Positions 30,049 through 38,859 of a stretch of DNA of 64,000 nt are shown here, piece after piece (within the stretch, counting starts at the first letter, position 1; each line of letters opens with the position of its first letter). The notes beneath the pieces are model-generated. The model saw only the letters and a program-made list of their open reading frames with translations. It had not been told where the DNA came from and ran no database searches. The position numbers and the translations under genes are program-made. This DNA comes from Nitrospirota bacterium (GTDB taxonomy: Bacteria > Nitrospirota > Thermodesulfovibrionia > Thermodesulfovibrionales > Dissulfurispiraceae), in the NCBI GenBank assembly GCA_963710375.1, contig CAVPZX010000005.1:288001-352000 (forward strand). The letters are read 5' to 3'.

Positions 30049-30188
30049 CAGGTTAAGGCTAAGGTTAAGGCTGAGAAAACAGAAGGGCTTATTAAGTCAG
30101 GTTAAAGGCTAAGGCTACGAAAAACTAAGGACTGTCAGTCTTAACCTCAACCTCAACCTCAACCTTAGCCTGCCTTTTTAAGGTTAAG
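30049..30188. repeat. Nested GGTTAA/TTAACC-family arms upstream of the four-helix-bundle gene
   Basis: Purine arms at 30049-30075, 30098-30119 and 30178-30188. Pyrimidine arm at 30140-30172. Confidence 0.9.
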
Positions 30189-30206
30189 AAAACAAAAAAT
30201 ACACAT

Positions 30207-30572
30207 ATGTATAAAACTTTTAAAGAGATGCCAGTGTGGCAAAAGGCAATTGATGCTGCTGAAATAGTGCATGAGCTTACGATAAAATTACCTAGAAAAG
30301 AAGATTACGGATTTACTTCACAAATAAGAAGGTCTGCTCTAAGTATATCGGCGAATATAGCAGAAGCATTTGGAAGAAATCATACTATGGACAAAATAAA
30401 TTTTTATTATATGGCGAGAGGCTCTTTAACTGAGACTCAAAGCCATTTAGAATACGGTAAAAGAGTTGGCTATATTAATTCCCAAAAAGCTGATGAACTC
30501 GAAAAAGTTTTTTGCGATATTCACAACGCTATAAATAAAGTAATTTTAACCTTGCGAGGACCAAACAAATGA
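30207..30572 (+). CDS. Four-helix-bundle protein (23S rRNA IVS-protein/Avd-like family)
   Basis: F....VWQKA......LP..E.YGFTSQIRRSALSISANIAEAFGR.......FYYMARGSLTETQSHL; AT-rich. Confidence 0.93.
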   Translation: MYKTFKEMPVWQKAIDAAEIVHELTIKLPRKEDYGFTSQIRRSALSISANIAEAFGRNHTMDKINFYYMARGSLTETQSHLEYGKRVGYINSQKADELEKVFCDIHNAINKVILTLRGPNK

Positions 30573-30589
30573 CTGGTCGGCTTTCCCCC

Positions 30590-30619
30590 TTAACCTTAAC
30601 CTTAACCTTAACCTTAACC
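30590..30619. repeat. (TTAACC)5 tract downstream of the four-helix-bundle gene
   Basis: Five perfect hexamers starting at 30590. Confidence 0.95.
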
Positions 30620-30627
30620 TATTCTTT

Positions 30628-30840
30628 AGGGGTGTCTGAATGACAGTTCTTTTTTACATTTTAATCTTAACCTTAACCTTAGCCTATTCTTTAGGGGTGT
30701 TTAAATGACAGTTCTCTTTTACAATTTAATCTTAACCTTAACCTTAACCTTAACCTTAACCTATTCTTTAGGGGTGTCTGAATGACAGTTCTTTTTTACA
30801 TTTTAATCTTAACCTTAACCTTAGCCTTAACCTATTCTTT
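30628..30840 (+). repeat. Triplicated rmuC RBS and start region (65/77/71-bp units)
   Basis: AGGGGTGT..AATGACAGTTCT...TTAATC(TTARCC)nTATTCTTT at 30628, 30693 and 30770, with n = 3, 5, 4. Confidence 0.93.
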
Positions 30841-32182
30841 GGCGAGACTCGCCAAGTTAGAAGGAATGGCGAAGAGTGCTGAGGCAATTGTGGGGGAACT
30901 CAGGCAACAGATCCAGCAGAAGGAACAGGTTGCAAGTCAATTAAGGGACGTGCTTGATAGCGAGCGGCATCAGAGGATAGAGACGGTGACGCGTCTTGAG
31001 GAATCGCAGAAGCGGTTGGAAGATTCCTATAGGAGCCTTGAGCAGCAGAAAGAGCTTATCGAGGTAATGAAAAAAGAGATAACCGATACCTTCAGCGTGC
31101 TTTCCGGTGCTGCGTTGAAAAGCAGCAGTGAGGATTTTCTGAGACTCGCCTCGGAGAACCTGGAGAAGATCGTTGCCGATACAAAAGGGAAGCTCGGTGA
31201 GCACCAGGCCGCTATGGACGGTACGATCAAACCCCTTCATGAAATGCTGAAAAGATACGAGCAGCAACTCAGGGACATAGAGGAGAACAGACACAAAAGC
31301 TTCGGCAGTCTTACAGAGCAGCTCAGGTCACTTGCCGGGATGCACGAGCAGTTGCAGCGCGAGACAAACAGCCTTGTTACAGCGCTGAGAAGGCCCAAGA
31401 TCAGCGGCTCATGGGGCGAACTGGGGCTCAGGAGAGTTGTGGAACTTGCTGGCATGACGGCTTATTGCGATTTCTACGAGCAGGAATCGGTTTCGACTGA
31501 TTCGGGACGTCTGAGGCCGGACATGATTGTGCGGCTTCCAAACGGGAGGGAGATCGTGATTGATGCCAAAGCCCCTGTCGACGCTTTTATGGGCATGGTC
31601 TCAGCTGCTACGGAAGAAGAGAGGAAGAAGGCCATAGCGAATTACATCGGCAGTGTGAGGAACCATATGAATATGCTCAGTTCGAAGGCATACTGGGACC
31701 AGTTTGACCGGTCCCCCGAAATAGTGGTCATGTATCTGCCGGGCGAGTCCTTTTTCAGCGCAGCTATTGAGTATGATCACAAGCTGATCGAGGACGGCAG
31801 TGCAAAGAAGGTCATTCTTGCCACCCCTACCACCTGTATCGCATTGCTGAAAGCCATTGCTTACGGCTGGCAGCAGGAACAGGCAGCCAAGAGCGCTCAG
31901 GAGATCGGCAAACTGGGCAAGGAATTGTACGAGCGCTTTTCCGTCATGCTTGAGCATTACGCTAAGACAGGCCTCGCTATCCGCAAGGCGGTGGAATCCT
32001 ACAACGATGGCGCCAGGTCGGTGGAATCGCGTCTCATGCCTTCATTAAAAAAGTTTAAAGAACTCGGTGTTTCAAGTTCCAGAGACATAGCTCCCCCAGC
32101 TGAAATAGACCAGACAGCAAAAACCATAGAGCACCTTGCCCTTGAGTTTCAGGAAGAAGCTTCTGAAGATGAGAAGTTGTGA
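30782..32182 (+). CDS. rmuC: DNA recombination protein RmuC
   Basis: N-terminal TM, coiled coil, GSWGE..L.RVVE.AG, RPDMIVRLP...IVIDAK, YLPGES, ATPTT. Confidence 0.93.
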   Translation: MTVLFYILILTLTLALTYSLARLAKLEGMAKSAEAIVGELRQQIQQKEQVASQLRDVLDSERHQRIETVTRLEESQKRLEDSYRSLEQQKELIEVMKKEITDTFSVLSGAALKSSSEDFLRLASENLEKIVADTKGKLGEHQAAMDGTIKPLHEMLKRYEQQLRDIEENRHKSFGSLTEQLRSLAGMHEQLQRETNSLVTALRRPKISGSWGELGLRRVVELAGMTAYCDFYEQESVSTDSGRLRPDMIVRLPNGREIVIDAKAPVDAFMGMVSAATEEERKKAIANYIGSVRNHMNMLSSKAYWDQFDRSPEIVVMYLPGESFFSAAIEYDHKLIEDGSAKKVILATPTTCIALLKAIAYGWQQEQAAKSAQEIGKLGKELYERFSVMLEHYAKTGLAIRKAVESYNDGARSVESRLMPSLKKFKELGVSSSRDIAPPAEIDQTAKTIEHLALEFQEEASEDEKL

Positions 32183-32254
32183 AGATGAGAAGTTGCGAAT
32201 GTGGGTCTTGGGAAGTGCCTGCTCAACTTCACAACTTCACATCTTCTCATCTTC
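32165..32254. repeat. Microsatellite hairpin, GAAG(A/T)TGN 8-mer family, between convergent rmuC and trpD
   Basis: GAAGATGA GAAGTTGT GAAGATGA GAAGTTGC, then TCAACTTC ACAACTTC ACATCTTC TCATCTTC. Confidence 0.9.
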
Positions 32255-32265
32255 TCTACCATGTC

Positions 32266-33276
32266 TTATAAAGAGTTTGTGACCTTTATGATTTCCGCGA
32301 GTTTTTTTGCGGCTTTTCCGCTGCGGATGGATTCTTCGGCAATTTCCTTTGCGGCAACAAAATCGTCTGTGTGACCCGACACAACTATTGCAGCTGCAGC
32401 GTTCAGTATTACAATATCGCGCTTGGGACTGTCCACGTTATTGAGGATGGAGTGAATGATGACGGCATTTTCTTTTTTGTCGCCGCCGGCCAGATCGGTA
32501 ATGTCAGCCAGTTTGAATCCGTAATCTTCCGGCATTATATAGAAATTCTCGACAGTCTTATCTCTATACCTCGACACCTTTGTAGCGCTGCAGGTAGTGA
32601 TTTCATCCATGCCGTCTTCTCCGTGAACTACCATAGCATCCACGGCGCCCAAATTGCCGAGTACCGACGCCAAAAGCTCGGTCAGCCTGCTGCTGAATAC
32701 CCCAACGACCTGACGCTTTGCATCCGCAGGATTCGTAATGGGACCTAATATATTAAATATGGTCCTTATGCTGATTTCTCGCCGAGGCCCTATTGCGAAT
32801 TTCATGGCTGGGTGGAAAAGAGGCGCAAAGAGAAAGCCGAAATTTGTCTCGAAGAGACATTTTTCCACCCGGTCCGGGGTCAATTCAACCTTCACTCCCA
32901 ACGCCTCAAGAAGGTCGGCACTACCTGATTGGCTCGAAACGGAGCGGTTGCCGTGTTTTGCAACGGGAATGCCCGATGACGCCACCACTATTGCCGCTGT
33001 GGTGGAGATATTGAAGGTGTTGGACAAGTCCCCGCCAGTGCCGCAGGTATCGATAATGCCTTCCGGAGCTAGTATTTTTGTCGCCTTTTCACGCATGATC
33101 CGTGCTGCGCCGGTAATCTCATCGATGGTTTCACCCTTGATCCTCAGGGCGGTGAGAAATGCGCCGATCTGGGCATCGGTGGCTCTGCCCTCCATTATTT
33201 CGGTCATGCATTCCGCCATCTCGGCCTCGGAGAGGCTGATATTCTGAATTACAAGGTTTATCGCTTCCTTTATCAC
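32266..33276 (-). CDS. trpD: Anthranilate phosphoribosyltransferase
   Basis: DTCGTGGD..TFNISTT, AKHGNRSVSS.SGSAD, RTIFNILGP, DGMDE. Confidence 0.97.
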   Translation of the reverse strand: MIKEAINLVIQNISLSEAEMAECMTEIMEGRATDAQIGAFLTALRIKGETIDEITGAARIMREKATKILAPEGIIDTCGTGGDLSNTFNISTTAAIVVASSGIPVAKHGNRSVSSQSGSADLLEALGVKVELTPDRVEKCLFETNFGFLFAPLFHPAMKFAIGPRREISIRTIFNILGPITNPADAKRQVVGVFSSRLTELLASVLGNLGAVDAMVVHGEDGMDEITTCSATKVSRYRDKTVENFYIMPEDYGFKLADITDLAGGDKKENAVIIHSILNNVDSPKRDIVILNAAAAIVVSGHTDDFVAAKEIAEESIRSGKAAKKLAEIIKVTNSL

Positions 33277-33308
33277 TGTTTTATCCTCGCCTTATTGACA
33301 AAAACCTA

Positions 33309-33390
33309 ACCACAGAGACACAGAGTTACAAACTAATTTTTTGAAATACTCTATGCGAATTTTTTCTCAGTGCCTCCGTGTCTCTGTGGT
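33309..33390. repeat. Microsatellite hairpin, CACAGAG(A/G) family
   Basis: ACCACAGAGACACAGAG, then CTCAGTGCCTCCGTGTCTCTGTGGT. Confidence 0.85.
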
Positions 33391-33391
33391 A

Positions 33392-33976
33392 TTATGTTTT
33401 ACTTTCTTTTTTATTAAGTTGTATGAAATTCCTGAGCAGGTCCTTGCCTGCTGTGGTAAGTATCGACTCGGGATGGAACTGTACACCTTCGACAAGAAAT
33501 TCCTTGTGCCTGACCCCCATGATTATTTCGTCTTTTGTCCATGCGGAGATTTCCAGGCAGTCAGGAAGTGTTTCTCTCTTTATTACAAGGGAATGATAAC
33601 GGGTAGCTTCGAAGGGATTGGGAAGGCCTGAGAATAATGTTTTTCCGTCATGATGGATAATAGAGGTCTTCCCATGCATGAGCAGAGGCGCCCTTATGAT
33701 GTCGCCCCCGTAAGCAGCGCCTATCGACTGATGGCCGAGACAGACGCCGAGTATCGGGATTTTTCCGGCGAAGTGCCTGATGACCTCTATGGAGACTCCC
33801 GCCTCGTTGGGCGTACAGGGCCCGGGAGATATGACGATCCTCTCAGGTTGTTTTTTCTCGATCTCACCTATGGTTATCCGGTCATTTCTAAAGACCTCGA
33901 TTGTTTCACCCAACTCACCCAGGTATTGAACAAGGTTGTATGTGAATGAATCGTAATTGTCGATCATTAAAAGCAT
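33392..33976 (-). CDS. trpG: Anthranilate synthase component II (glutamine amidotransferase)
   Basis: [33 protein letters not shown]. Confidence 0.95.
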   Translation of the reverse strand: MLLMIDNYDSFTYNLVQYLGELGETIEVFRNDRITIGEIEKKQPERIVISPGPCTPNEAGVSIEVIRHFAGKIPILGVCLGHQSIGAAYGGDIIRAPLLMHGKTSIIHHDGKTLFSGLPNPFEATRYHSLVIKRETLPDCLEISAWTKDEIIMGVRHKEFLVEGVQFHPESILTTAGKDLLRNFIQLNKKESKT

Positions 33977-33991
33977 ATTTTAGCCTCGAAA

Positions 33992-34076
33992 AGCAAAGCG
34001 CAAAGTGCAAAGGGCATAGCGTAAAAGGCAGCGGCTTTCTTTTTTACCCTATGCTCTTTGCTCTATGCCCTATGCT
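33992..34076. repeat. Microsatellite hairpin, NGCA(A/T)AG heptamer family
   Basis: AGCAAAG CGCAAAG TGCAAAG GGCATAG, then CTATGCT CTTTGCT CTATGCC CTATGCT. Confidence 0.9.
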
Positions 34077-35579
34077 TATTTTTCTCCTTCAAAAAAATCT
34101 ACAGTCTTCATCATCGCCATCGCCTTGTTGACTGTCTCGTAATATTCGTTCTCCGGAACAGAGTCGGCTACAAGGCCGGCTCCGGCCTGTACAAATATTG
34201 TATCATTTTTTATGATGAGCGTTCTTATGGTAATGCACATGTCCATGTTGCCCGAATAGCTTATATATCCGACTGAACCGGCATAGGGACCCCGCTTTGT
34301 GGGCTCCAGTTCTTCTATGATTTCCATGGCCCTGACCTTTGCAGCACCGCTGACGGTGCCGGCAGGAAAGCAGGCTTTAAAAACATCAAAGGCATCGAGT
34401 CCTTTTCTTAGAATGCCCTCAACGTTTGATACAAGGTGCATTACATGGCTGTAGCGTTCCACGTTCATTACTTCAGTCACTTTGACCGAGCCGATTTGTG
34501 CGACTCTGCCGACATCGTTCCTTCCCAGATCTACAAGCATTATATGCTCTGCTATTTCTTTGGGATCTTTTTTCAGGTCTTCCTCAAGCGCTCTGTCGGC
34601 ATCTTCGGTCTCTCCCCTTTTACGGGTCCCGGCAATGGGCCTAAGCGTTATTTTGTCGCCTTCCAGCCTGACCAGTATTTCAGGTGAAGAGCCGACAAGC
34701 TGAACATCGCCGGTGTCGAGGTAGTACATGTACGGCGAGGGGTTTATAACCCTGAGGGCACGGTATAGATTAATGGGGTGTATGGGGGCATGTGTCTCAA
34801 ACCGCTGCGAAAGGACCACCTGCAGTATATCGCCTGACAGTATGTATTCTTTGGCCTTTACTACAGCGTCCATAAAGCCTTCTTTTGTGAAATTGGAAGA
34901 GAAGTTATCAGAAAAGGCTAAAGGCGAATGGCTAAAGGCTAAAGGGGAAAGTGCCTGCCGCCTTTTGCCCTTTGCCCTTTGCCTTTAGCCCAAGTTTTTT
35001 TATGATTTTATCTATCCGTTTGCCGGCATCCTCGTAGGTCTTTTCGATATTCTTGTTATCTACGTGTACGTTCGATACGATCTTTATAGTTTGCCTGAGG
35101 TTATCAAATATAAGGATCGTATCAGTGAGCATCAGAAAAATATCGGGTATGTCCAGCGCCGGTTTAGGGGAATCAGGCACCCGCTCAAAGAACTTGACCA
35201 CATCATAACCTATATAGCCTACAAACCCGCCCGAGAACCGGGGAATCCCTGCTACTTCGACAGGGGTAAACCGCGATAATATATCTTTTATAACAGAAAG
35301 CGGATCAGCTGTTTCCAAGTGGGAGGTTTTTCTGCGCTCCCGGACCGTTACTTGTCGGCCCGAACAGCTAAAGGTCATGGCCGGATCTATGCCGAGGAAG
35401 GAGTAGCGGGCCCACTTCTCGCCGCCGGTAACGCTCTCCAAAAGAAAGGACGGCTTCTTGCCGAGCTTGAGAAATGCGCTTACCGGAGTCTCTACGTCGC
35501 CCAGTATTTCCTTGTAAACAGGAATAAGATTGCCCTGCTGTGCTAATGACTTGAATTCATTGAGGTCCGGGAATAACAT
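34076..35579 (-). CDS. trpE: Anthranilate synthase component I, split by a +1 frameshift inside an inserted heptamer hairpin
   Basis: N-half [30 protein letters not shown]-half [34 protein letters not shown]. Confidence 0.93.
34913..34990. repeat. Heptamer microsatellite hairpin inside trpE
   Basis: AAAGGCT AAAGGCG AATGGCT AAAGGCT AAAGG, then CCTTTTG CCCTTTG CCCTTTG CCTTTAG CC. Confidence 0.92.
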
Positions 35580-35625
35580 TTTTTAGAATAGCATAATTTC
35601 CCATAACAAAGCATGCCAACAGCCA

Positions 35626-35759
35626 AAACGTGAAACGTGAAAGGTGAATAGTGAATAGTGAACGGCTCAAGGCAAAAAACAAACCAAAAAATCTTTAGCT
35701 TTTAACTATTCACCATTCACGTTTCACGTTTTTAACCATTCACCATTCACCTTTCACTA
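35626..35759. repeat. Microsatellite hairpin, GTGAA(A/T)N heptamer family, with a doubled right arm
   Basis: AACGTGAAACGTGAAAGGTGAATAGTGAATAGTGAA, then two TTCAC-based arms at 35702-35731 and 35733-35759. Confidence 0.9.
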
Positions 35760-35819
35760 TTTCCTGTTTTCCTTACTACAAACAACGATGGTATGTGATA
35801 AAATAGAGCACAGGAATGT

Positions 35820-36326
35820 ATGACTCTTGATCCGATAAAGTGGTATGTGATTTATACTAAGCCTAAGCAGGAGGACAAGGTTGAAGAAAGCCTTGCCCGT
35901 GCCTCGGTAGAAGTGTTTAATCCGAAACTGCGAAGGAAAAGGCTCATCCGTAGTAAGTTTGAGCACGTCAGACGGCCTTTGTTCCCTAACTACATATTTG
36001 CAAAATTCGATCCGTCACTGCAGTACCATATGATTAAATATACTCGCGGTGTAAGCGGCATTGTAGGGAATCCGGGATCGCCGTGGCCTGTCAGCGAAGA
36101 TATAATCGACATTATTAAATCGCGAATGAATGAAGAAGGGCTTATTGTTATTAACCCTGATATCAAAGTCGGCGACAAGGTTGAGATAACCGAGGGACCG
36201 TTCAGAGGGCTCATAGGCATATTTGAGCGTGAGATGAAAGACAGTGAGCGCATTATTGTGTTACTTAATACAATTGAGTACCAGGCAAGTATCGATATTC
36301 AAAAAGAACTCCTCAGGAAAAAGTGA
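35820..36326 (+). CDS. NusG paralogue, RfaH/UpxY/LoaP-type transcription antiterminator
   Basis: WYVIYTKPKQE, PLFPNYIF, TRGV, KOW motif VGDKVEITEGPFRGLIGI. First gene of a polysaccharide operon. Confidence 0.9.
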   Translation: MTLDPIKWYVIYTKPKQEDKVEESLARASVEVFNPKLRRKRLIRSKFEHVRRPLFPNYIFAKFDPSLQYHMIKYTRGVSGIVGNPGSPWPVSEDIIDIIKSRMNEEGLIVINPDIKVGDKVEITEGPFRGLIGIFEREMKDSERIIVLLNTIEYQASIDIQKELLRKK

Positions 36327-36387
36327 CACTTGGATAGGGAACCGGCAGCTGTGGTAATATGTAAGGCTATGGAGTGGTTAACTTAAT

Positions 36388-37359
36388 ATGGAAAAAATTC
36401 TGGTAACAGGGACTGCCGGGTTTATCGGCTGGAGGACTTCTCAAAAATTGCTTGAAGAGGGCAGGCAGGTAATAGGCATCGATAATATGAACGACTATTA
36501 CGACGTAAAGCTGAAAACCGACAGGCTTGAAAGGCTGAAAAAGAACAAAGGCTTTACCTTTTACCAGCTTGACATTGAAAACCTGGCTGCAATGGATCCT
36601 ATTTTCAGGGAAAACACAGTAGGTGCAGTTATCAATCTTGCCGCCCGTGCCGGCGTGAGGTACAGCATAGAGAATCCTCACGTGTATATGAGCACCAACG
36701 CCCAGGGAGTTTTAAACCTCCTCGAACTGATGCGCAAATATGACGTAAGGAAATTGGTGCATGCCTCAACATCTTCCTTGTATGCCGGGCAAAAGATGCC
36801 CTTTACCGAAGACCTGCCGGTGAACACCCCTATTTCACCCTATGCTGCAACCAAAAAAGCAGCAGAAGCAATGGCGTATTCCTATCATTATCTGTTCGGT
36901 CTTGATATATCCGTGCTGCGGTATTTTACTGTTTACGGCCCTTCCGGTAGACCGGATATGAGCATATTCAGGTTTATTAAATGGATAGATGAAGGAAAGC
37001 CCCTGGAGCTTTTCGGCGACGGCTCCCAGAGCAGGGATTTTACTTATATTGATGATATAGCGGCCGGCACTATCAAAGCGCTCAAAAAGGTCGGGTATGA
37101 AATCATAAACCTGGGCGGCGGAAAAAGTCCGCATACATTGAACTATGTTATTGCCAGGCTTGAAGAGTTGTTAGGAAAAAAGGCTTCCATAGAGTACAGG
37201 CCCTTTCTGAAAACAGACATGACCGAAACGGGCGCTGATATCACAAAGGCTTTAAGACTTCTCGATTGGAAACCGGAAACCGACCTCGATGAAGGGCTGA
37301 AAAAGACTGTTGACTGGTATCTGGACAATCGAAGCTGGCTCAAAGACGTAAAACTGTGA
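36388..37359 (+). CDS. UDP-glucuronate 4-epimerase-like SDR
   Basis: VTGTAGFIG, NDYYDV.LK, LAARAGVRYS, YAATKK, FTVYGP.GRPDM. Confidence 0.88.
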   Translation: MEKILVTGTAGFIGWRTSQKLLEEGRQVIGIDNMNDYYDVKLKTDRLERLKKNKGFTFYQLDIENLAAMDPIFRENTVGAVINLAARAGVRYSIENPHVYMSTNAQGVLNLLELMRKYDVRKLVHASTSSLYAGQKMPFTEDLPVNTPISPYAATKKAAEAMAYSYHYLFGLDISVLRYFTVYGPSGRPDMSIFRFIKWIDEGKPLELFGDGSQSRDFTYIDDIAAGTIKALKKVGYEIINLGGGKSPHTLNYVIARLEELLGKKASIEYRPFLKTDMTETGADITKALRLLDWKPETDLDEGLKKTVDWYLDNRSWLKDVKL

Positions 37360-38786
37360 TACCATCTGCGATCTTCAGGGAGTATGATATAAGGGGTGTG
37401 GCAGGTAAAGACCTTGCCGGAGATACCGCGGTCCTTATCGGAAAGGCGTTCAGCTCACTTGTAAAATCTTTTATTCCCAAAGCAAAACAGGTGAGCGTAG
37501 GAAGAGATGTAAGGCTGAGTTCTGAAGAGCTTGCTGCCGGGCTTATCAAAGGAATCGTGTCTTCCGGCATCGATGTATATGACATCGGGGTCTGCCCTAC
37601 ACCGGTCCAGTATTTCTCACTCCATCATCTGGATCTGGATGGCGGTATAATGGTTACCGGCAGCCATAATCCGCCGGAATATAACGGCTTCAAGATCAGT
37701 ATAGGGAAAGATGCCATTTATGGCGGAAACATTCAAAAGCTGGAAGAGATAATTAAAAGGCAGGATTGGACAATTTCGGAAGAAGACGGCAGAGTTAAGC
37801 ACTGTAATATAATTGACCCATATAAAGAATATATGCTGAAACAGTTTTCATATCTTAATAATGCACGGTTCAGGAGGGTCAGGGTAGTCATAGATGCCGG
37901 AAACGGCACTGCAGGCGCTATTGTGCCCGAAATCCTGGCCGGAATGGGCTGTGAGGTTGTACCGCTTTATTGTGAACCTGACGGAAGGTTCCCCAACCAT
38001 CACCCTGATCCTACGGTGGTTGAATACATGCAGGACTTGATTATGGAAACGAGGAGGTCAGGAGCGGATATCGGCGTTGGTTATGATGGTGATGCCGACA
38101 GGATTGGAGTAGTTGACAGAGAAGGGACTATTATATGGGGAGATCAGATATTGATCATCCTGAGCAAGGAAGTGTTGAAGGAAAACCCGGGGGCCAAGGT
38201 TATCGGCGATGTAAAGTGCTCGCAGGCGATGTTTGATGAGGTGAAGAAACACGGCGGCATTCCCATTATGTGGAAGACCGGGCACTCTTTAATAAAACAA
38301 AAGATGAAGGAAGAGGGGGCCCTTATCGCAGGAGAATTCAGCGGACATATTTTTATTGCTCATAACTATTTCGGCTACGATGACGCACTCTACACCACCT
38401 TCAGGATTATAGAGATCATGAAGAAAACAGGAAAGGACATAAAAGGGCTTGTTTCTGATGTAGCCAGGATGTCATACACTCCTGAAATCAGGCGCGAATG
38501 CCCGGAAGACATGAAAAAAGAGGTTGTGGGCAATGTGGTGTCCCGCCTCCTTGCCTATTCAAAAGACGGTAATGCTCCTTATAGGATTATAGACGTCAAT
38601 ACGCTTGACGGGATCAGGATTTTATTTGAAAAAGGGTGGGGATTGATACGGACCAGCAACACGCAGCCTGTAATCGTCATGAGAGCCGAGGCAGATGATG
38701 AGGAACATTTAAACCAGTACACAAGTTTTTTGGAAAATGTATTAGAGCAGGCAAAGGTAGAGGTAGAGGTAAAGGTAAAAGGCTAG
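37356..38786 (+). CDS. algC: Phosphomannomutase/phosphoglucomutase
   Basis: FREYDIRG, TGSHNP, DGDADR, GEFSGH, RTSNT. Confidence 0.93.
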   Translation: MIPSAIFREYDIRGVAGKDLAGDTAVLIGKAFSSLVKSFIPKAKQVSVGRDVRLSSEELAAGLIKGIVSSGIDVYDIGVCPTPVQYFSLHHLDLDGGIMVTGSHNPPEYNGFKISIGKDAIYGGNIQKLEEIIKRQDWTISEEDGRVKHCNIIDPYKEYMLKQFSYLNNARFRRVRVVIDAGNGTAGAIVPEILAGMGCEVVPLYCEPDGRFPNHHPDPTVVEYMQDLIMETRRSGADIGVGYDGDADRIGVVDREGTIIWGDQILIILSKEVLKENPGAKVIGDVKCSQAMFDEVKKHGGIPIMWKTGHSLIKQKMKEEGALIAGEFSGHIFIAHNYFGYDDALYTTFRIIEIMKKTGKDIKGLVSDVARMSYTPEIRRECPEDMKKEVVGNVVSRLLAYSKDGNAPYRIIDVNTLDGIRILFEKGWGLIRTSNTQPVIVMRAEADDEEHLNQYTSFLENVLEQAKVEVEVKVKG

Positions 38787-38845
38787 CAATGTATAAAATA
38801 ATAATTATGTTATCAACCTTGATCTTAACCTTAGCCTTAACCTGC
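38747..38845. repeat. Hexamer microsatellite hairpin overlapping the PMM C-terminus
   Basis: GCAGGCAAAGGTAGAGGTAGAGGTAAAGGTAAA (encodes AKVEVEVKVK), then TCAACCTTGATCTTAACCTTAGCCTTAACCTGC. Confidence 0.8.
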
Positions 38846-38859
38846 AGTTGGAGTGTTTT

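Noticed and set aside
30207..30572. Diversity-generating retroelement or rRNA intervening sequence
   Set aside because: No reverse transcriptase, no TR/VR pair and no rRNA in the window.
30590..30619. Telomere or eukaryotic contamination
   Set aside because: The tracts are short, internal, paired with complementary arms and embedded in bacterial operons.
30628..30840. CRISPR-like repeat-spacer array
   Set aside because: The variable parts are only hexamer copy-number changes, and the repeat is the rmuC start region.
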